Positions 9,106-21,156 of a DNA stretch of 64,000 nucleotides are shown piece after piece. Both the position numbers and the translations under genes were made by a program. The notes below the pieces were generated by a model. It was not told the DNA's origin. It did not search any database and saw nothing but the letters and a program-made list of their open reading frames with translations. The first letter of the stretch is position 1. Each line of letters begins with the position of its first letter. This DNA comes from Gammaproteobacteria bacterium. GTDB lineage: Bacteria; Pseudomonadota; Gammaproteobacteria; JADZEE01. The stretch covers positions 96,152-160,151 of the forward strand of contig CBDDBH010000025.1 in assembly GCA_965225625.1 (NCBI GenBank). The letters are read 5' to 3'.

Positions 9106-10605
9106 ATGAACACGTCGCACCAAGTGCGAATGCCAACTACCAACTCGCAAGCACCGACTCGGCGTAGACACCTCAACCACGTATCGAAACACGATACAAT
9201 TCACAGGCCAGCATTCGGGGGGCATCGCTTGGCCGACTCCATCATCCAGCAGTTAGTCCACCGCAAGATGTTCCGCATCACGGCGGGGTATCTGGCGGTG
9301 GCGTGGGTGCTGTGGCAGGTGGTAGACACTACGTGCCCGACCTTTGAGTGTTCGCTGTCATTTCAGAAGTCCATATTCTGGTTTCTTGTAGCCGGATTGC
9401 CGGTCACGCTTACAGTTGCTTGGGTGCACTGGAAGACGGCCATCCTTGTCGGTGTGGGAATACTTGCCGGGATAACGGTCACTCTTCTGGTGACTCGAGC
9501 TACATCGCCTGCCCCAGAGTCTAAAACTACCGCGATTACCCCGGTGACCGAAGTTACCCAGCCTGCCCCCACACCCACCGCAACAGTTGAGGAGAAGTCC
9601 ATCGCAGTGCTGCCGTTTGTGAATATGAGTGATGACCGGGAGCAGGAGTATTTCAGTGACGGTATATCGGAGGAAATACTAAACGGTCTCGCTAAGGTAG
9701 AGACGCTGCGTGTCGCTGCGCGGACCTCGTCGTTCTTTTTCAAAGGTAAGGACGCCGATCTGGAGACAATAGCTGAGAAACTGGGTGTCGCCCATGTCCT
9801 GGAAGGTAGTGTCAGAAAGGCGGGTGATCGACTTCGTATCACGGCGCAACTAATTAAGGTCGATGACGGCTTTCACTTATGGTCCGAGTCTTACGACCGT
9901 GAACTGACGGACATCTTTGCTGTTCAGGATGAGATTGCCAATGCAGTTGTCGATGCGTTGAAGATAGAACTGGGTGTTACAGCGGGCAGTACATTGGTAG
10001 ATATCGGCACGACCAACCGCGAAGCCTACGATTGGTATTTGCGCGGCAAGGATGCATTGGTTACCGGTAGCTTAGAGGGATTCCAACGCGGCGTTGGATA
10101 CTTCAATCGCGCGATTGAGCTGGATCCCGACTATGTTGATGCTTACGCCTATCTCGCGTTCGCGCACATATTGCAACATCCGTTTACGCTCTACCAAAAA
10201 CCCTACCGAGAATTAGCACCGGACATCAAACACGCCTACTCGCGGGCCTTGGCATTGGAGCCCGCACACAGTGCGGCGCTGTGCGCTAAGGGATATGACA
10301 AGATGTTTTTAGAGTGGGACTGGTCCGAGGCGGGGAAGCTATTCCGAGCAGGGACTGGCGAGGGTAAGGTTAATGACGTTTGCCTGGGAACCTATGTCGC
10401 GTGGTATCTTCTAGCGCTCGGTCAGTACGAGGAGGCAATCGCATTACTTCGCAGCGCCGAGCGGAGCGATCCCCTGAATCTCGAGCTTAAACATCAGCTC
10501 GGCGCTTATCTTGGACAATTTGCCGGCGAGTGGGAAGAAGGGAGCAACCACCTCCGTGCAGTAATCGACGCCGTGCCCGACCACGTATTCGCGCTCACCG
10601 ATTTA
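9106..10605 (+). pseudogene. TolB-N-like/TPR-repeat membrane protein, 5' portion, interrupted by an IS630-family insertion
   Basis: It has a TM helix MFRITAGYLAVAWVLWQVV and a TolB-N-type motif IAVLPFVNMSDDREQEYFSDGISEEILNGL followed by TPR-like helices. The reading frame runs into the IS at 10606. The ORF-track start at 9022 is probably too early. Confidence 0.65.
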
Positions 10606-11706
10606 CTCAGCAGTCGCCAATATAGGCGACAGATGGAGCAAGAAAGAATGATCGAACAAGGTGGGGCATACGCTTGAGTTGGGTGAGTTGCTCCTCGATC
10701 TTCTCGCGCAGTGTTTCGCCCGCCCGCAGCGTCCGTCGCGCCGCACCCGTGCGCTTGACGTGACTCCACACCCATTCATCGGGGTTCAGGTCTGGCGCGT
10801 AACCGGGCAGAAAATGCAGGCTCAGCCGGCCATTCGTCGAAGCGACGTAGTCGCGCACGCACGCGGTCTTGTGCGCCGGCAGACTGTCGAGCACGAGATG
10901 CACCGGTTTGCGCCGGCCCCGCATGAGCTGGCGCAGCAAGGTGACAAACAAATCGGCTTTGAGCGCGCCGCTATAGGTGCAAAACCAGAACGCCCCGTTG
11001 GCGTTGACCGCCGAGGCGGCACTGAACGATTGACGCTGTCCGGGTCGGTACACGACCGGCGTCTGGCCGCGCACGCCCCAGGTCTTACCGTGCACCGTAT
11101 CAGCACGGAAGCCAGACTCATCCCAGAAAAACACCTCGCCACCGTGCTGTTTCGCTTGACGGGCGATGGCTGGGAAGGTTTCACGCTGCCAGCGTTCAAT
11201 CGCCTCGGGGTCCCGCTGATAGGCTCGCTGCAGCGGCTTGTGCGGCGTCAATCCCAGTTTCGCCAACAACTCCCCGACCGCCGTGACGCCTATCGTCACC
11301 CCGAACTTCTGCGTCACCAACTCCACGACCACCGCGCGCGTCCACAAGCCGAAGTCCAATCCATACTGTCGCGGGTCACGACCATTGATCCAGCGGAACA
11401 CCTGTCGCTCTTGCGCCGCGCTCAGGGTTCGTGGCCGCCCCGTAGCCTTCGTCGAACGCAACGCCTTGATGCCGACACCCGGCTGCAGCGCCGCTTTGAT
11501 CCATTTGTAGATGGTCGTCCGGTTGAACCCGAACGATGCGATCACCGTCGCCGGCGACTCGCCTTCGCGAACGCGCTCTATCGCCATCAAGCGAATAGCT
11601 TCCAAGGTCGAATGGTCAAGCGTGCGGCCGTCCAGTTTCATATCTGATCCGATCGGTACGCTCTCAGAAAGTTCCATCGATGTCGCCTTATTTATCGACT
11701 AGTGAG
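10606..11706 (-). mobile_element. IS630-family insertion sequence, copy 1 (1101 bp, imperfect ~27-bp terminal inverted repeats, TA target-site duplication)
   Basis: The left end reads ctcagcagtcgccaatataggcgaca. The right end, reverse-complemented, reads ctcactagtcgataaataaggcgaca. TA dinucleotides flank it at 10604..10605 and 11707..11708. It is about 99% identical to copy 2. Confidence 0.8.
10607..11677 (-). CDS. IS630-family DDE transposase
   Basis: The 356-aa protein has an N-terminal HTH, a DDE core and the IS630/Tc1-type motif YAPDLNPDEWVW. Confidence 0.85.
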   Translation of the reverse strand: MELSESVPIGSDMKLDGRTLDHSTLEAIRLMAIERVREGESPATVIASFGFNRTTIYKWIKAALQPGVGIKALRSTKATGRPRTLSAAQERQVFRWINGRDPRQYGLDFGLWTRAVVVELVTQKFGVTIGVTAVGELLAKLGLTPHKPLQRAYQRDPEAIERWQRETFPAIARQAKQHGGEVFFWDESGFRADTVHGKTWGVRGQTPVVYRPGQRQSFSAASAVNANGAFWFCTYSGALKADLFVTLLRQLMRGRRKPVHLVLDSLPAHKTACVRDYVASTNGRLSLHFLPGYAPDLNPDEWVWSHVKRTGAARRTLRAGETLREKIEEQLTQLKRMPHLVRSFFLAPSVAYIGDC

Positions 11707-11708
11707 TA

Positions 11709-12170
11709 ATTGCTATACATCTCAATTCGGGTCAACTGGAAAAAGCGGAATCGCTGCTCCGTTCGGAAAGTTTAAAAGGGCCGAACACCTATCCGTATGC
11801 CATGTGGTTGCGGGTTGTGCTTGACGTTCTCCGCGGTGATAGCGCTAAGGCGCAATCTGTCTATGATGAGGCGCGGCGCATTGGCGAGAGCAGCGTCAAC
11901 AAATCACCGGACCTGTGGCATGGCCTGGGGTTCGCAGCGGCGTCATTGGGTCATCTAGACGAAGCGATAAGCTGGTTCAACCGCGGTTTCGAGGAGGAGG
12001 CTTTGGCTAGCGTCGTGGTGCGCCCGTTCGTAACGTCGTGGTCAGCGTTTAAGCAAGGCCACGGCCCTGCCCTCATGGCCCACCCCGACTTCCAAGCGTT
12101 CCTTGCGAAAATGAATCTAGACGATGCGTCAATAGCGGCGTTGGAGGCGGCTGCAGCAGCAGGGGATTAA
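11709..12170 (+). pseudogene. TolB-N/TPR protein, 3' portion downstream of the IS630 insertion
   Basis: The frame opens immediately at the IS boundary. Removing the IS and one TA copy restores a continuous in-frame ORF ...ALTDL|IAIHLNSGQLEKAESLLRS...MWLRVVLDVL..., which continues with TPR-like sequence. Confidence 0.65.
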
Positions 12171-12192
12171 GCATCTCTGCTAGGCGAGATGG

Positions 12193-12528
12193 TTGTCGGA
12201 AGAACGCATTCTCAAAATGAAATCCGGACAAGATTACTCGCCGAATCGTAAAGCCGCTCTAATCGATAGAATTTTGAGTAGCACGGCTTATGTATGCGAG
12301 GCCCTCGACAACATGGCTTCTGATCAGCGGGACGCGTTACGTGACAACGTCGCCAAGGTAATCGCGGATCCCGGCGCTTCACTTGAGTCAGTGCTAGACG
12401 TTTATCGGATCGAGGTGCCCAGATTTGCCGCTTTGTGGCGCGACCTTGAGAATGCTCACCAAGACTCAGGGCGGTCTGCGGCAATTGAGCATATTTTGGC
12501 CGGGAACTACGGGACCAAACTGCGATGA
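12193..12528 (+). CDS. Hypothetical protein (111 aa)
   Basis: ORF only; no motif recognised. Confidence 0.3.
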   Translation: MSEERILKMKSGQDYSPNRKAALIDRILSSTAYVCEALDNMASDQRDALRDNVAKVIADPGASLESVLDVYRIEVPRFAALWRDLENAHQDSGRSAAIEHILAGNYGTKLR

Positions 12529-12811
12529 GGGACCCGAAAAGCACCGCTCGCTGACTTCGTCGAGTTAATGGACGCCCAGGTCATAAGCCCCGAATAGACT
12601 CCCCGCCGGCAGTCTGCGAAGCTGCCCTGACACATCAGCGGGGAGCATGACGATGAGTAAGTATGAGAGGGTGGATCCGTATAACGAATTAAGCACAGCT
12701 ATAGGCGAACACGTCATGAGTTTTGCCGGTATGCTGTTTTCTGGCGGTCTGTGTAATCAGCGTCGTATTCCTGCGCTCCGCAAACCGCGGTTTTGAATCA
12801 GGAGTTTGACT

Positions 12812-15028
12812 ATGCTCAGGCTATTCTCAAATAAGCAGCGTCCGACCCATCTGGGCCCCTACCCGCTTGAACGCTTGCCGCGCGCTGAAGAAATTCCGTC
12901 GTATACACCGGCGAGCGCGCCCGAGCCTCTTGAGATAGTGGATAGTGCGAACCTTTATAGTGTTGCCAACGCGTTGCCACGATCTTTCGATTTATATCGC
13001 AGGCTGCGCGATGGCAAAGTTCGCGCAGACGAGGCCGTCATTCCCACGGATCCTTCGGCCCGTTCGCAGCACCTGAAAAGCTTTTGCTATTTCCTCGATG
13101 CAAGTCAGGTTGGGGTTTGCGCTATCGCTGAGCGAGCGCGACTGGCAAGCCCAATAAAGATCGAATTTGGTAGTGCGGGCGACGGAAATACGGATGCCAC
13201 AGCACAAATTCGACACGACGCGCTTACCAAGCACGAAAACGAATACGGCGAACAATTAGGCGATCCGAGTAAACACAAGTTCGCGCTAGCCATTCTGATC
13301 GAGCATTCCCAAGATCCCGCGCCTGGCGCTCCGGGTTCTGAGTTTATTCGAGGCAGCCATGCAGCACGCTCCGCAGTTCGCGCAGCCGAGCTCGCGGTCA
13401 CGATTGCGATGTACCTGCGTCGGCTCGGTTGGCCAGCACGCGCCCACCTTGCGACGGCAAGCGAGCTGGATCACGACTACATTCTGCTGGCCGCCGGGTT
13501 GGGCGAAGTCACTTCCAGCAAAGGAATTGACCGCGTAACCAATCCTTACCTCGGCGATCGCTTCGGCGTCGCCATTGTTTCGACCACGCTGGAATTAGGC
13601 GTCGATCAGCCTTTGGCTCGACGGGGCCTGGCGGCCAACCTTCTGGCTCGCGGACCGCGATACTGGCTCGGCGTCGGCGGCACGCGTCCCGGCTGGAAGT
13701 GGATCACGGGAGAATCCCGCCCACTCCACAAGGGCGTCTATCCGATGGAGGGGATAAAACACGTTGAAAAAGCTACTACCTATATTGACGTCGAGGCCAT
13801 ACAACGCGTGCCCAAACGCGCAGACTTTTTCAGTCGGGGTGCGTTCGGCGATCTTGGGCCAGCTGCAGAACGCGAGAGCGTTGGCGGCCACTTCATGGAG
13901 AAGGAGCCCATCGGCGCGACTATGGGTGTGGTGGTAACGGAAGGCGTACCGTTGCAGTTCGGCGAGCCGGCGGCAACTAAAGCGCCGCATTCCGATGACC
14001 CGGATCGCAATATGCACAGTATCCGTGCGCTTTGCCATTTCTTGGGAGCGGACATTGTCGGCTTTACCCCGGCCTATGCGCATACCTGGTATTCGCATCA
14101 CTTCGACGGCACCCCGATCGAGCCTTATCACAAAAATGCGATCGTCCTCGTGCTCGACCAGGACCAGGAAACCATGTCCGGCTCAAGCGGCGACGACTGG
14201 ATTAGCAACGCCCAGAGCTTTCGCGCATACATGCGAGGCGCCTTTCTCTCCAACATTGTGGCCGAACATATCCGCGGCCTCGGCTGGTCGGCGCGATCGC
14301 ACACCGCCTGGGACGAGGACGTGCTGCACATTCCTTTGTGTGTACACGCCGGTATCGGCGAGTTGAGTCGCATTGGCGAGACGGTACTCAACCCATTTTT
14401 AGGGCCTCGTTTCAAAGACGCCATCGTGACCACTGACTTGCCGCTGACGCCCACCAAATATGTTGATTTCGGTTTGCAGGATTTCTGCGGCAAATGCCAG
14501 AAATGTGCCCGTGAGTGCCCCTGCGACGCGATCCCCTACGGCGACAAAATTCTTTTCAATGGCTACGAAATCTGGAAACCGGACGTGCAACGCTGCGCGA
14601 CTTATCGGATCACCAACTCAGCGGGTGCCGTGTGTGGCCGCTGCATGGCCACCTGCCCGTTTCAGACAGAAAGCACCGTGTTTAACCGTGGCCTCTTATG
14701 GGCTTCGATCTATCTGCCGTTCCTTCGTAGCTCGCTGGCAAAGTTTGATGACTGGCGCCGCAACGGTGAGATCAATCCCGTAAAGAAGTGGTGGTGGGAT
14801 CTGGAGGACACCGGCCATGGTCTCGGACCGGCCAAGCGGGTCAACGCAAGGCCGCTGTTCTTCAAACCGCGAATAGAAGGTAAGAAACGAAAACAAAACG
14901 CCGTATTTCCGCCACACATGAACCCGCCTCCAGCTGCAACCGAAGCGGTGCCGGTCGATCGCGCCGCCGGTATTGCCGCGCAACTACAGTGCGCAGCCGA
15001 TCTGCAACGCTTGAAGGAAAAACAATAA
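12812..15028 (+). CDS. Reductive dehalogenase homolog (RdhA superfamily; cytoplasmic, catabolic-type two-domain architecture)
   Basis: The C-terminus has twin ferredoxin motifs, FCGKCQKCARECPCDAIP and CGRCMATCPF. The RDH/QueG-like motif occurs twice: AAGLGEVTSSKGIDRVTNPYLGDRFGVAIVSTTLELG in a degenerate N-terminal domain and AGIGELSRIGETVLNPFLGPRFKDAIVTTDLPL in the C-terminal domain. The ATG at 12812 is preceded by AGGAG. Confidence 0.7.
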   Translation: MLRLFSNKQRPTHLGPYPLERLPRAEEIPSYTPASAPEPLEIVDSANLYSVANALPRSFDLYRRLRDGKVRADEAVIPTDPSARSQHLKSFCYFLDASQVGVCAIAERARLASPIKIEFGSAGDGNTDATAQIRHDALTKHENEYGEQLGDPSKHKFALAILIEHSQDPAPGAPGSEFIRGSHAARSAVRAAELAVTIAMYLRRLGWPARAHLATASELDHDYILLAAGLGEVTSSKGIDRVTNPYLGDRFGVAIVSTTLELGVDQPLARRGLAANLLARGPRYWLGVGGTRPGWKWITGESRPLHKGVYPMEGIKHVEKATTYIDVEAIQRVPKRADFFSRGAFGDLGPAAERESVGGHFMEKEPIGATMGVVVTEGVPLQFGEPAATKAPHSDDPDRNMHSIRALCHFLGADIVGFTPAYAHTWYSHHFDGTPIEPYHKNAIVLVLDQDQETMSGSSGDDWISNAQSFRAYMRGAFLSNIVAEHIRGLGWSARSHTAWDEDVLHIPLCVHAGIGELSRIGETVLNPFLGPRFKDAIVTTDLPLTPTKYVDFGLQDFCGKCQKCARECPCDAIPYGDKILFNGYEIWKPDVQRCATYRITNSAGAVCGRCMATCPFQTESTVFNRGLLWASIYLPFLRSSLAKFDDWRRNGEINPVKKWWWDLEDTGHGLGPAKRVNARPLFFKPRIEGKKRKQNAVFPPHMNPPPAATEAVPVDRAAGIAAQLQCAADLQRLKEKQ

Positions 15029-15096
15029 GGCGTTTAGTGGAGTCTTGGCTCCATAATTGAGCGGTGTATACGTCTTACGAATAAGGAGAGACTGGT

Positions 15097-16311
15097 ATGC
15101 CACGGTTGTTCATTCTCGTCGTGTGTTTGCTGCTGAGCGGCCACGTCTCCGCAGAGCATCCACAAGGTTCCGCCGATATCGTGCTTCGCAATGCACGGAT
15201 CATCAATGCGGCCGGGAACGTAATGCAGGGCGGTTCTCTTGTCATTAGCGGTGATCGGATCAGCGCCGTTGAGCCTGGGCTAACGCCGGTTCGCGCAGCT
15301 GTTGAGATAGACGCTACCGATTTGACGGTGATGCCGGGCCTGATCGATGCGCATCGCCATTTATTGATCAGACCCGATCTGGACAGCGACGCCGCATTAT
15401 CGCGATGGCAAGATGAGCACCTTCAGGCAATGCTCAACGAATACCTGGAAAGCGGTTTTACAACCGTCCTGTCGGCGGGCGACTATCACCCGGCAATTAT
15501 CCAGATAAAGCAGCGTCTAGCGGACGGGACTTTAACCGGGCCCCGGATTCTCGCCCTCAGCGTCGTGTTTACAGCGCCAGGCGGCCACCCGGTGCTTACT
15601 ATCTGTAAGAACAATCCGTGGTGCCAACAGCGCGTCGCGATCCAAGTCGCCGATCCTGACACGGCCCGCGCGACAGTCAGAGATTTTGCAAAAACCGATA
15701 TCGACGGCTTAAAGCTCATTTATGACGGCTATCTCGGTGTACGGCTCGACGACTCTGTTTTCGCGGCCATCGCCGACGAAGGACGGCGACATAGCGTGCC
15801 CGTGTTTGCGCACGCCTCAAGCGTGGAAGATATGATTCGAGTTGTCGATCTAGGGGCCAATCGGCTGGTTCATCCGCCGTATTTCGGTTCACTCGCCGGA
15901 ATCAAGGCTGGACGAACGCTGCGTGACGCAGCGGTGATGGTTACCACGACAGTCTCCCGACCGCTCGGCCTCACAGCGCCGGATCGTGTCCAAGCGCTGG
16001 CAAACCTGCGACAGCTCTGGGATGACGGTGTGACCATCGCTTTCGGTACCGACCTGCAAGTTGGGCCCGCCGCCGGCCTGGCGCGTGAGACTCAGCAACT
16101 CGCACAGGTACTCTCGCCAAGCGAGATCATCAGCGCATTGACTCGTAACGCCGCCCTGTTCCTGGGACTGGGTGCGGAGATCGGTACCCTTGAGGTCGGT
16201 AAGGTCGCCGACATATTGATCGTCACGGGTGATCCGCTAAATCGAATTGAAGATCTGGCGAACGTCGTAATGGTAATCCGCAACGGTGCCATTGTCGTCG
16301 ATCATCGCTGA
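15097..16311 (+). CDS. Amidohydrolase-family metal-dependent hydrolase, secreted
   Basis: It has a signal peptide and the PGLIDAHRH metal-binding motif, then GTD...H motifs. It starts 69 bp downstream of the RdhA-like gene. Confidence 0.75.
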   Translation: MPRLFILVVCLLLSGHVSAEHPQGSADIVLRNARIINAAGNVMQGGSLVISGDRISAVEPGLTPVRAAVEIDATDLTVMPGLIDAHRHLLIRPDLDSDAALSRWQDEHLQAMLNEYLESGFTTVLSAGDYHPAIIQIKQRLADGTLTGPRILALSVVFTAPGGHPVLTICKNNPWCQQRVAIQVADPDTARATVRDFAKTDIDGLKLIYDGYLGVRLDDSVFAAIADEGRRHSVPVFAHASSVEDMIRVVDLGANRLVHPPYFGSLAGIKAGRTLRDAAVMVTTTVSRPLGLTAPDRVQALANLRQLWDDGVTIAFGTDLQVGPAAGLARETQQLAQVLSPSEIISALTRNAALFLGLGAEIGTLEVGKVADILIVTGDPLNRIEDLANVVMVIRNGAIVVDHR

Positions 16312-16359
16312 AACATGCGATTGCTTGCCTAGCGTCGCGTTCAAGATTCCCAACGCCGA

Positions 16360-17092
16360 TCACCGCGCCGGTGGCGCCACTGTTAGCTGGCCTGTCACGC
16401 CGTGCTGTTCGATGAGGCTGGCAACCAATCCGCTTGCTTTTGCTTCCTCGACGAAGTCGTTTAAGAAGGCGGCACCGATCGCGTGATCCGGCTTCGTGCC
16501 GATGGCCTGTTGCACTGAGGAGTACTTACCTTCGAGTATGCGCGAACCGGGAAGGCGCTCCACGTCATTTATGAGGCGCGGCCGCAATCCCGCCAGCGCA
16601 TCAAGGCGTTGCTGCACGAATAGATCGAAGGACGCATCCATGCCGTCGGTCTCGACGAGATCCGCGTGTTTGATATTGTCCTTCAACCACAACCCGTAGG
16701 CGGCGCGGCCGTAAACTGCAATGCGCACACCTTCTCGGTCTACTTCCTCGATGGACTGGATAGACGAACCAGCGGGCAGCAGATAGGTAGATTCAATTTC
16801 CGCGTAGGCGGCGGTGAAGGTAATCACTTTCGCACGTTCGGGCTCCGCCCCAATGTTGGCGATGTCCCATATGTCCTCGGAGGCCGCGTCCGCCAGCTCA
16901 CCCGGTGTCTGGAAGTCTATGTACTGCACTGGCACGCCCAAGCGCGCCGCAACTACGCGGGCCATATCGGGAGACACGCCTTGCGGGCTCTCCCGCAGCG
17001 CTTCTGCCGGTAACAAGGAGAAAGTTGGAGAGGTTGATGCCGGCGCGAAGGACACCGGTGGGCGCCAACTCGGCACGTGCTTGTTCGATCAT
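16360..17092 (-). pseudogene. Substrate-binding protein of the periplasmic-binding-protein type (family 3/PhnD-like); frameshifted near 16960-16990
   Basis: The N-terminal segment GVLRAGINLSNFLLV lies in ORF 16898..17092. The remainder, SPDMARVVAARLGVPVQYIDF..., lies in ORF 16360..17076 in a different frame. Confidence 0.5.
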
Positions 17093-17222
17093 TGAGCTCA
17101 GCCCTTGTTTCAGTTACCTAACAACTTTATTCGTGAAGCTGCCTTATAAGCAAGACGGGCGCTCGTTTAGATGAATAGCATTCCGTATACTTAACTGTAG
17201 CAGCGGCCCATAGAGGGCAAAT

Positions 17223-18475
<1,253 letters not shown>

Positions 18476-18521
18476 GAAATTGCAGCATCTGTTTACGTTT
18501 ATAGTTGTCCAGGGCCCAGCT

Positions 18522-19239
18522 ATGCACAACGTGGAACTACCGCAGGACCTGATTGACTTCGTCATGTCCCGGCGCGGTCGTCTAAACGTTTTTGACGATA
18601 TTGATCCAGCGACTACGGCGATGCTGGTCATTGATATGCAAAACGCTTATGTTGAGCAGGGCGCTCCGCTGCATCTTCCCTGGGCGCCCGGCATTGTTCC
18701 TGAGGTGAATACATTGGCGGCGGCGCTGCGCGAGGCCGGCGGTCTGGTCGTGTGGCTGCAACACACGAACGGTGCTCCGGGCACGTCTGATTATTGGTCG
18801 ATGTATTTTGATAACTTTGTTGATCCGAACAAGCGCGAGGCACTGGGCACTGGGCAATGCGTTAACGCCGGGTAGTCATTATCACGGTCTGGCACCGCAA
18901 TTGGATGTACACCCAGATGATCTGGTATTGGATAAAAGGCGCTTCAGCGCACTGATCCCCGGTTCGTCAACGCTGGATGAAAATCTGCGCGGGCGCGATA
19001 TAAAGACGGTGATAGTGACCGGCACCTTGACCAATGTTTGCTGTGAGTCAACCGCGCGCGATGCCATGATGATGGATTACCGGGTATTTATGCCCATGGA
19101 CTGTACCGCCGCACGTAGTGATAACGATCATCTAGCCGGATTGCGAACAGTTTGTCAGGCAATCGGTGATGTACGCTCGAGCGCCGAGCTCATCGACATG
19201 ATAAAGCAGGGAACCGGAGCAGCAGGCGACGCGAGTTAA
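18522..19239 (+). pseudogene. Isochorismatase-family cysteine hydrolase, disrupted by a 7-bp tandem duplication (gcactgg gcactgg at 18840..18853)
   Basis: It contains MLVIDMQNAY and VIVTGTLTNVCCESTARDA. Removing one gcactgg copy fuses the two ORFs in frame as ...REALGNALTPGSHYHG.... Confidence 0.7.
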
Positions 19240-19254
19240 GGAGAGCCCACGGCA

Positions 19255-20019
19255 ATGGTCATAGGACATGAACTGCGGGGAAGCGGCGAAGAGCACGTCA
19301 TCATCATGCACGATTGGCAGGGCGACCATCGAAATTACGATGGGATCCTCGCTTACCTGGATACGGCCGCCTTTACCTATGCCTTTGCGGACTTACGCGG
19401 CTACGGTTGGTCCCGGGAGATCGGTGGCGAACATTCGGCGGCAGAAGCTGCCAATGATGTGATTGCTTTAGCCGATCACTTAGCTTGGGAGCGATTCCAT
19501 GTTGTCGGCCATTCCATGACCGGTATGGTTGTGCAACGCATTGCCATCGATGCCGGGAAACGGATCAAAAGCGTCGTAGCCTCGAACCCGGTCCCCGCCT
19601 GCGGAATAGCCATTCCTGCCGAAGCGCTCGCCTTTTTTGAATCCTCCATAACCGATGATGCCAAGTTCAAAACATTATTGATGGATATAGTCAGGCCGGA
19701 TCTGTCCGAAGCGTGGCAGAACTACAAGCTGCACATCTGTCGTGACAGTGCAGATTTCCAGACGCGCAGTGACTATCTACGTATGTTTACCTCGACCGAT
19801 TTTTCTGCCGAAGCGCAGGGAATACAAACACCGATATTGGTCCTGGGCGGAGAGTTTGACCACGAATCATTATCGCAGGCAAACCTGCAGGCTACATTCG
19901 GCAGCTGGTACCCCAATGCCACAATAAAGATTTGCGCCAATGCCGGTCACTACCTGATGGAAGAGATGCCGATTTATTTCGTGTCGGTTATCGAAGCGTT
20001 TATGCGTGGGGACGGATAG
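19255..20019 (+). CDS. Alpha/beta-fold hydrolase
   Basis: It has the nucleophile elbow HVVGHSMTG (GxSxG) and is 254 aa long. Confidence 0.7.
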   Translation: MVIGHELRGSGEEHVIIMHDWQGDHRNYDGILAYLDTAAFTYAFADLRGYGWSREIGGEHSAAEAANDVIALADHLAWERFHVVGHSMTGMVVQRIAIDAGKRIKSVVASNPVPACGIAIPAEALAFFESSITDDAKFKTLLMDIVRPDLSEAWQNYKLHICRDSADFQTRSDYLRMFTSTDFSAEAQGIQTPILVLGGEFDHESLSQANLQATFGSWYPNATIKICANAGHYLMEEMPIYFVSVIEAFMRGDG

Positions 20020-20118
20020 GGATTTGGAGTTTTGATTGAGAGCGGGTAAAGAGATACCCACCTGTCAGCACGCCGCAACCGCGGAGAAGTCGTCCCCCAC
20101 AACGTTCAGTTTTCAGCG

Positions 20119-21156
20119 CTAATTTCGCGCAGCTAGCATCTTGGCGGTTAGTTTCGGCGCAAGACCGGGGCGGCTCCAGGGGCAGATCGACAAGCAGATT
20201 GCGCAACCGTAGTTCTCATTGAAATACGGAACGCATTTATCAAAATCGACGTACCATTTCTCCACGCCACGTACTATCTGCTTTTCGTTTGAGATGGCTA
20301 CGGGTGGGCACGCATTAGTGCACGCTTTGCATCGGCTGCAATAATCATCGACGCCGATGTCTATGGGTTGGTCCTCAACCAGCGGCATGTCGGTTAATAC
20401 AAAAGAAAACCGCATACACGATCCCAGTTCATTGTGTATCAATGAACCGTGCTTACCCAGTTCGCCCAATCCCGCGGCATGGGCGGCCGCCAGCAGAATA
20501 ATCGGCGCGCCTTTGGGTCCGCCGTGGCCCACGGCGTCGTAACCCTGGGTCCTGATCCAGTCAGCCAATTTCCATGCCGCAATTTGCGAGCGAAGGTAGG
20601 TGCCCAATACTTCACGCACTTCCGGTAGGAATTTGTTTTTCCAGAAGGGCCGCCATCTGCCATCGTCCTTATCTAGATTTTTCGACAATTTTTTATAATC
20701 CATGGACCGGCCCAGTACGATGATCCAGGGATGTTTGACAAGGCCAAGCTGATTGTCGCGATCGAAAATCAGATCAGGCGTGACTTTTGTGATCCCGACT
20801 ATGTCGCACTGTGGATGTGCAACGGCTATTTCCTTAACCGTCCGAGACCAGTTCGTTGGAGTATCTTCAATTTTTTGGTGCGCAATCGGACGATGACCGA
20901 GTCGGTCCATCAACCAGCTGCGAAAGATGATGCGACCTTGCACCATGTCCCACATCTGTCTGCCGTAAAACGATTCCTGTACCCAGTACCAGGGATGTCG
21001 GTGACTGCGGCGATGATAAACAGGTGTGGCCGGGCGTTTTTCCGTTTCGCCCAGTCCGTTGATTTCGTTACCGGTGATGTCCGGTTTCAGATAGTTATGC
21101 AACCAAGAGGGTTGATAGCCATCCGCAGTCTGGTGTCCGTAAAGAAAACCCATCAA
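20119..21156 (-). CDS. Reductive-dehalogenase/QueG-superfamily protein (short RdhA-like, twin 4Fe-4S motifs at the C-terminus)
   Basis: GLGELGKHGSLIHNELGSCMRFSFVLTDMPL is an RDH/QueG-type motif. It is followed by CSRCKACTNACPPVAI and CAICLSICPW. Confidence 0.6.
   Translation of the reverse strand: MMGFLYGHQTADGYQPSWLHNYLKPDITGNEINGLGETEKRPATPVYHRRSHRHPWYWVQESFYGRQMWDMVQGRIIFRSWLMDRLGHRPIAHQKIEDTPTNWSRTVKEIAVAHPQCDIVGITKVTPDLIFDRDNQLGLVKHPWIIVLGRSMDYKKLSKNLDKDDGRWRPFWKNKFLPEVREVLGTYLRSQIAAWKLADWIRTQGYDAVGHGGPKGAPIILLAAAHAAGLGELGKHGSLIHNELGSCMRFSFVLTDMPLVEDQPIDIGVDDYCSRCKACTNACPPVAISNEKQIVRGVEKWYVDFDKCVPYFNENYGCAICLSICPWSRPGLAPKLTAKMLAARN

Noticed and set aside
10661-11647. Long plus-strand ORF (328 aa) antisense to the IS630 transposase, and similar antisense ORFs at 50927..51886, 5621..6343, 4741..5409, 20731..21318 and 57531..58379
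   Set aside because: They are Arg- and Pro-rich shadow ORFs typical of high-GC DNA lying opposite well-supported genes. They have no motifs.
12530-12811. Possible cobalamin riboswitch upstream of the corrinoid-dependent RdhA-like gene, and similarly upstream of the TonB-dependent receptor at 32746..33100
   Set aside because: I could not find a convincing B12-box (AGYCMGgAGaCCkGCC-type) or the conserved helices by eye. A gggagaccggtggg segment at about 32838 lies on the wrong strand for the receptor.
20119-21156. Housekeeping epoxyqueuosine reductase QueG
   Set aside because: The RDH/QueG core motif is shared, but the protein is only 345 aa. Its Fe-S motifs sit at the extreme C-terminus and it lacks the QueG C-terminal extension. 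It also sits in an IS-rich accessory region. I annotate it only as an RDH/QueG-superfamily member.
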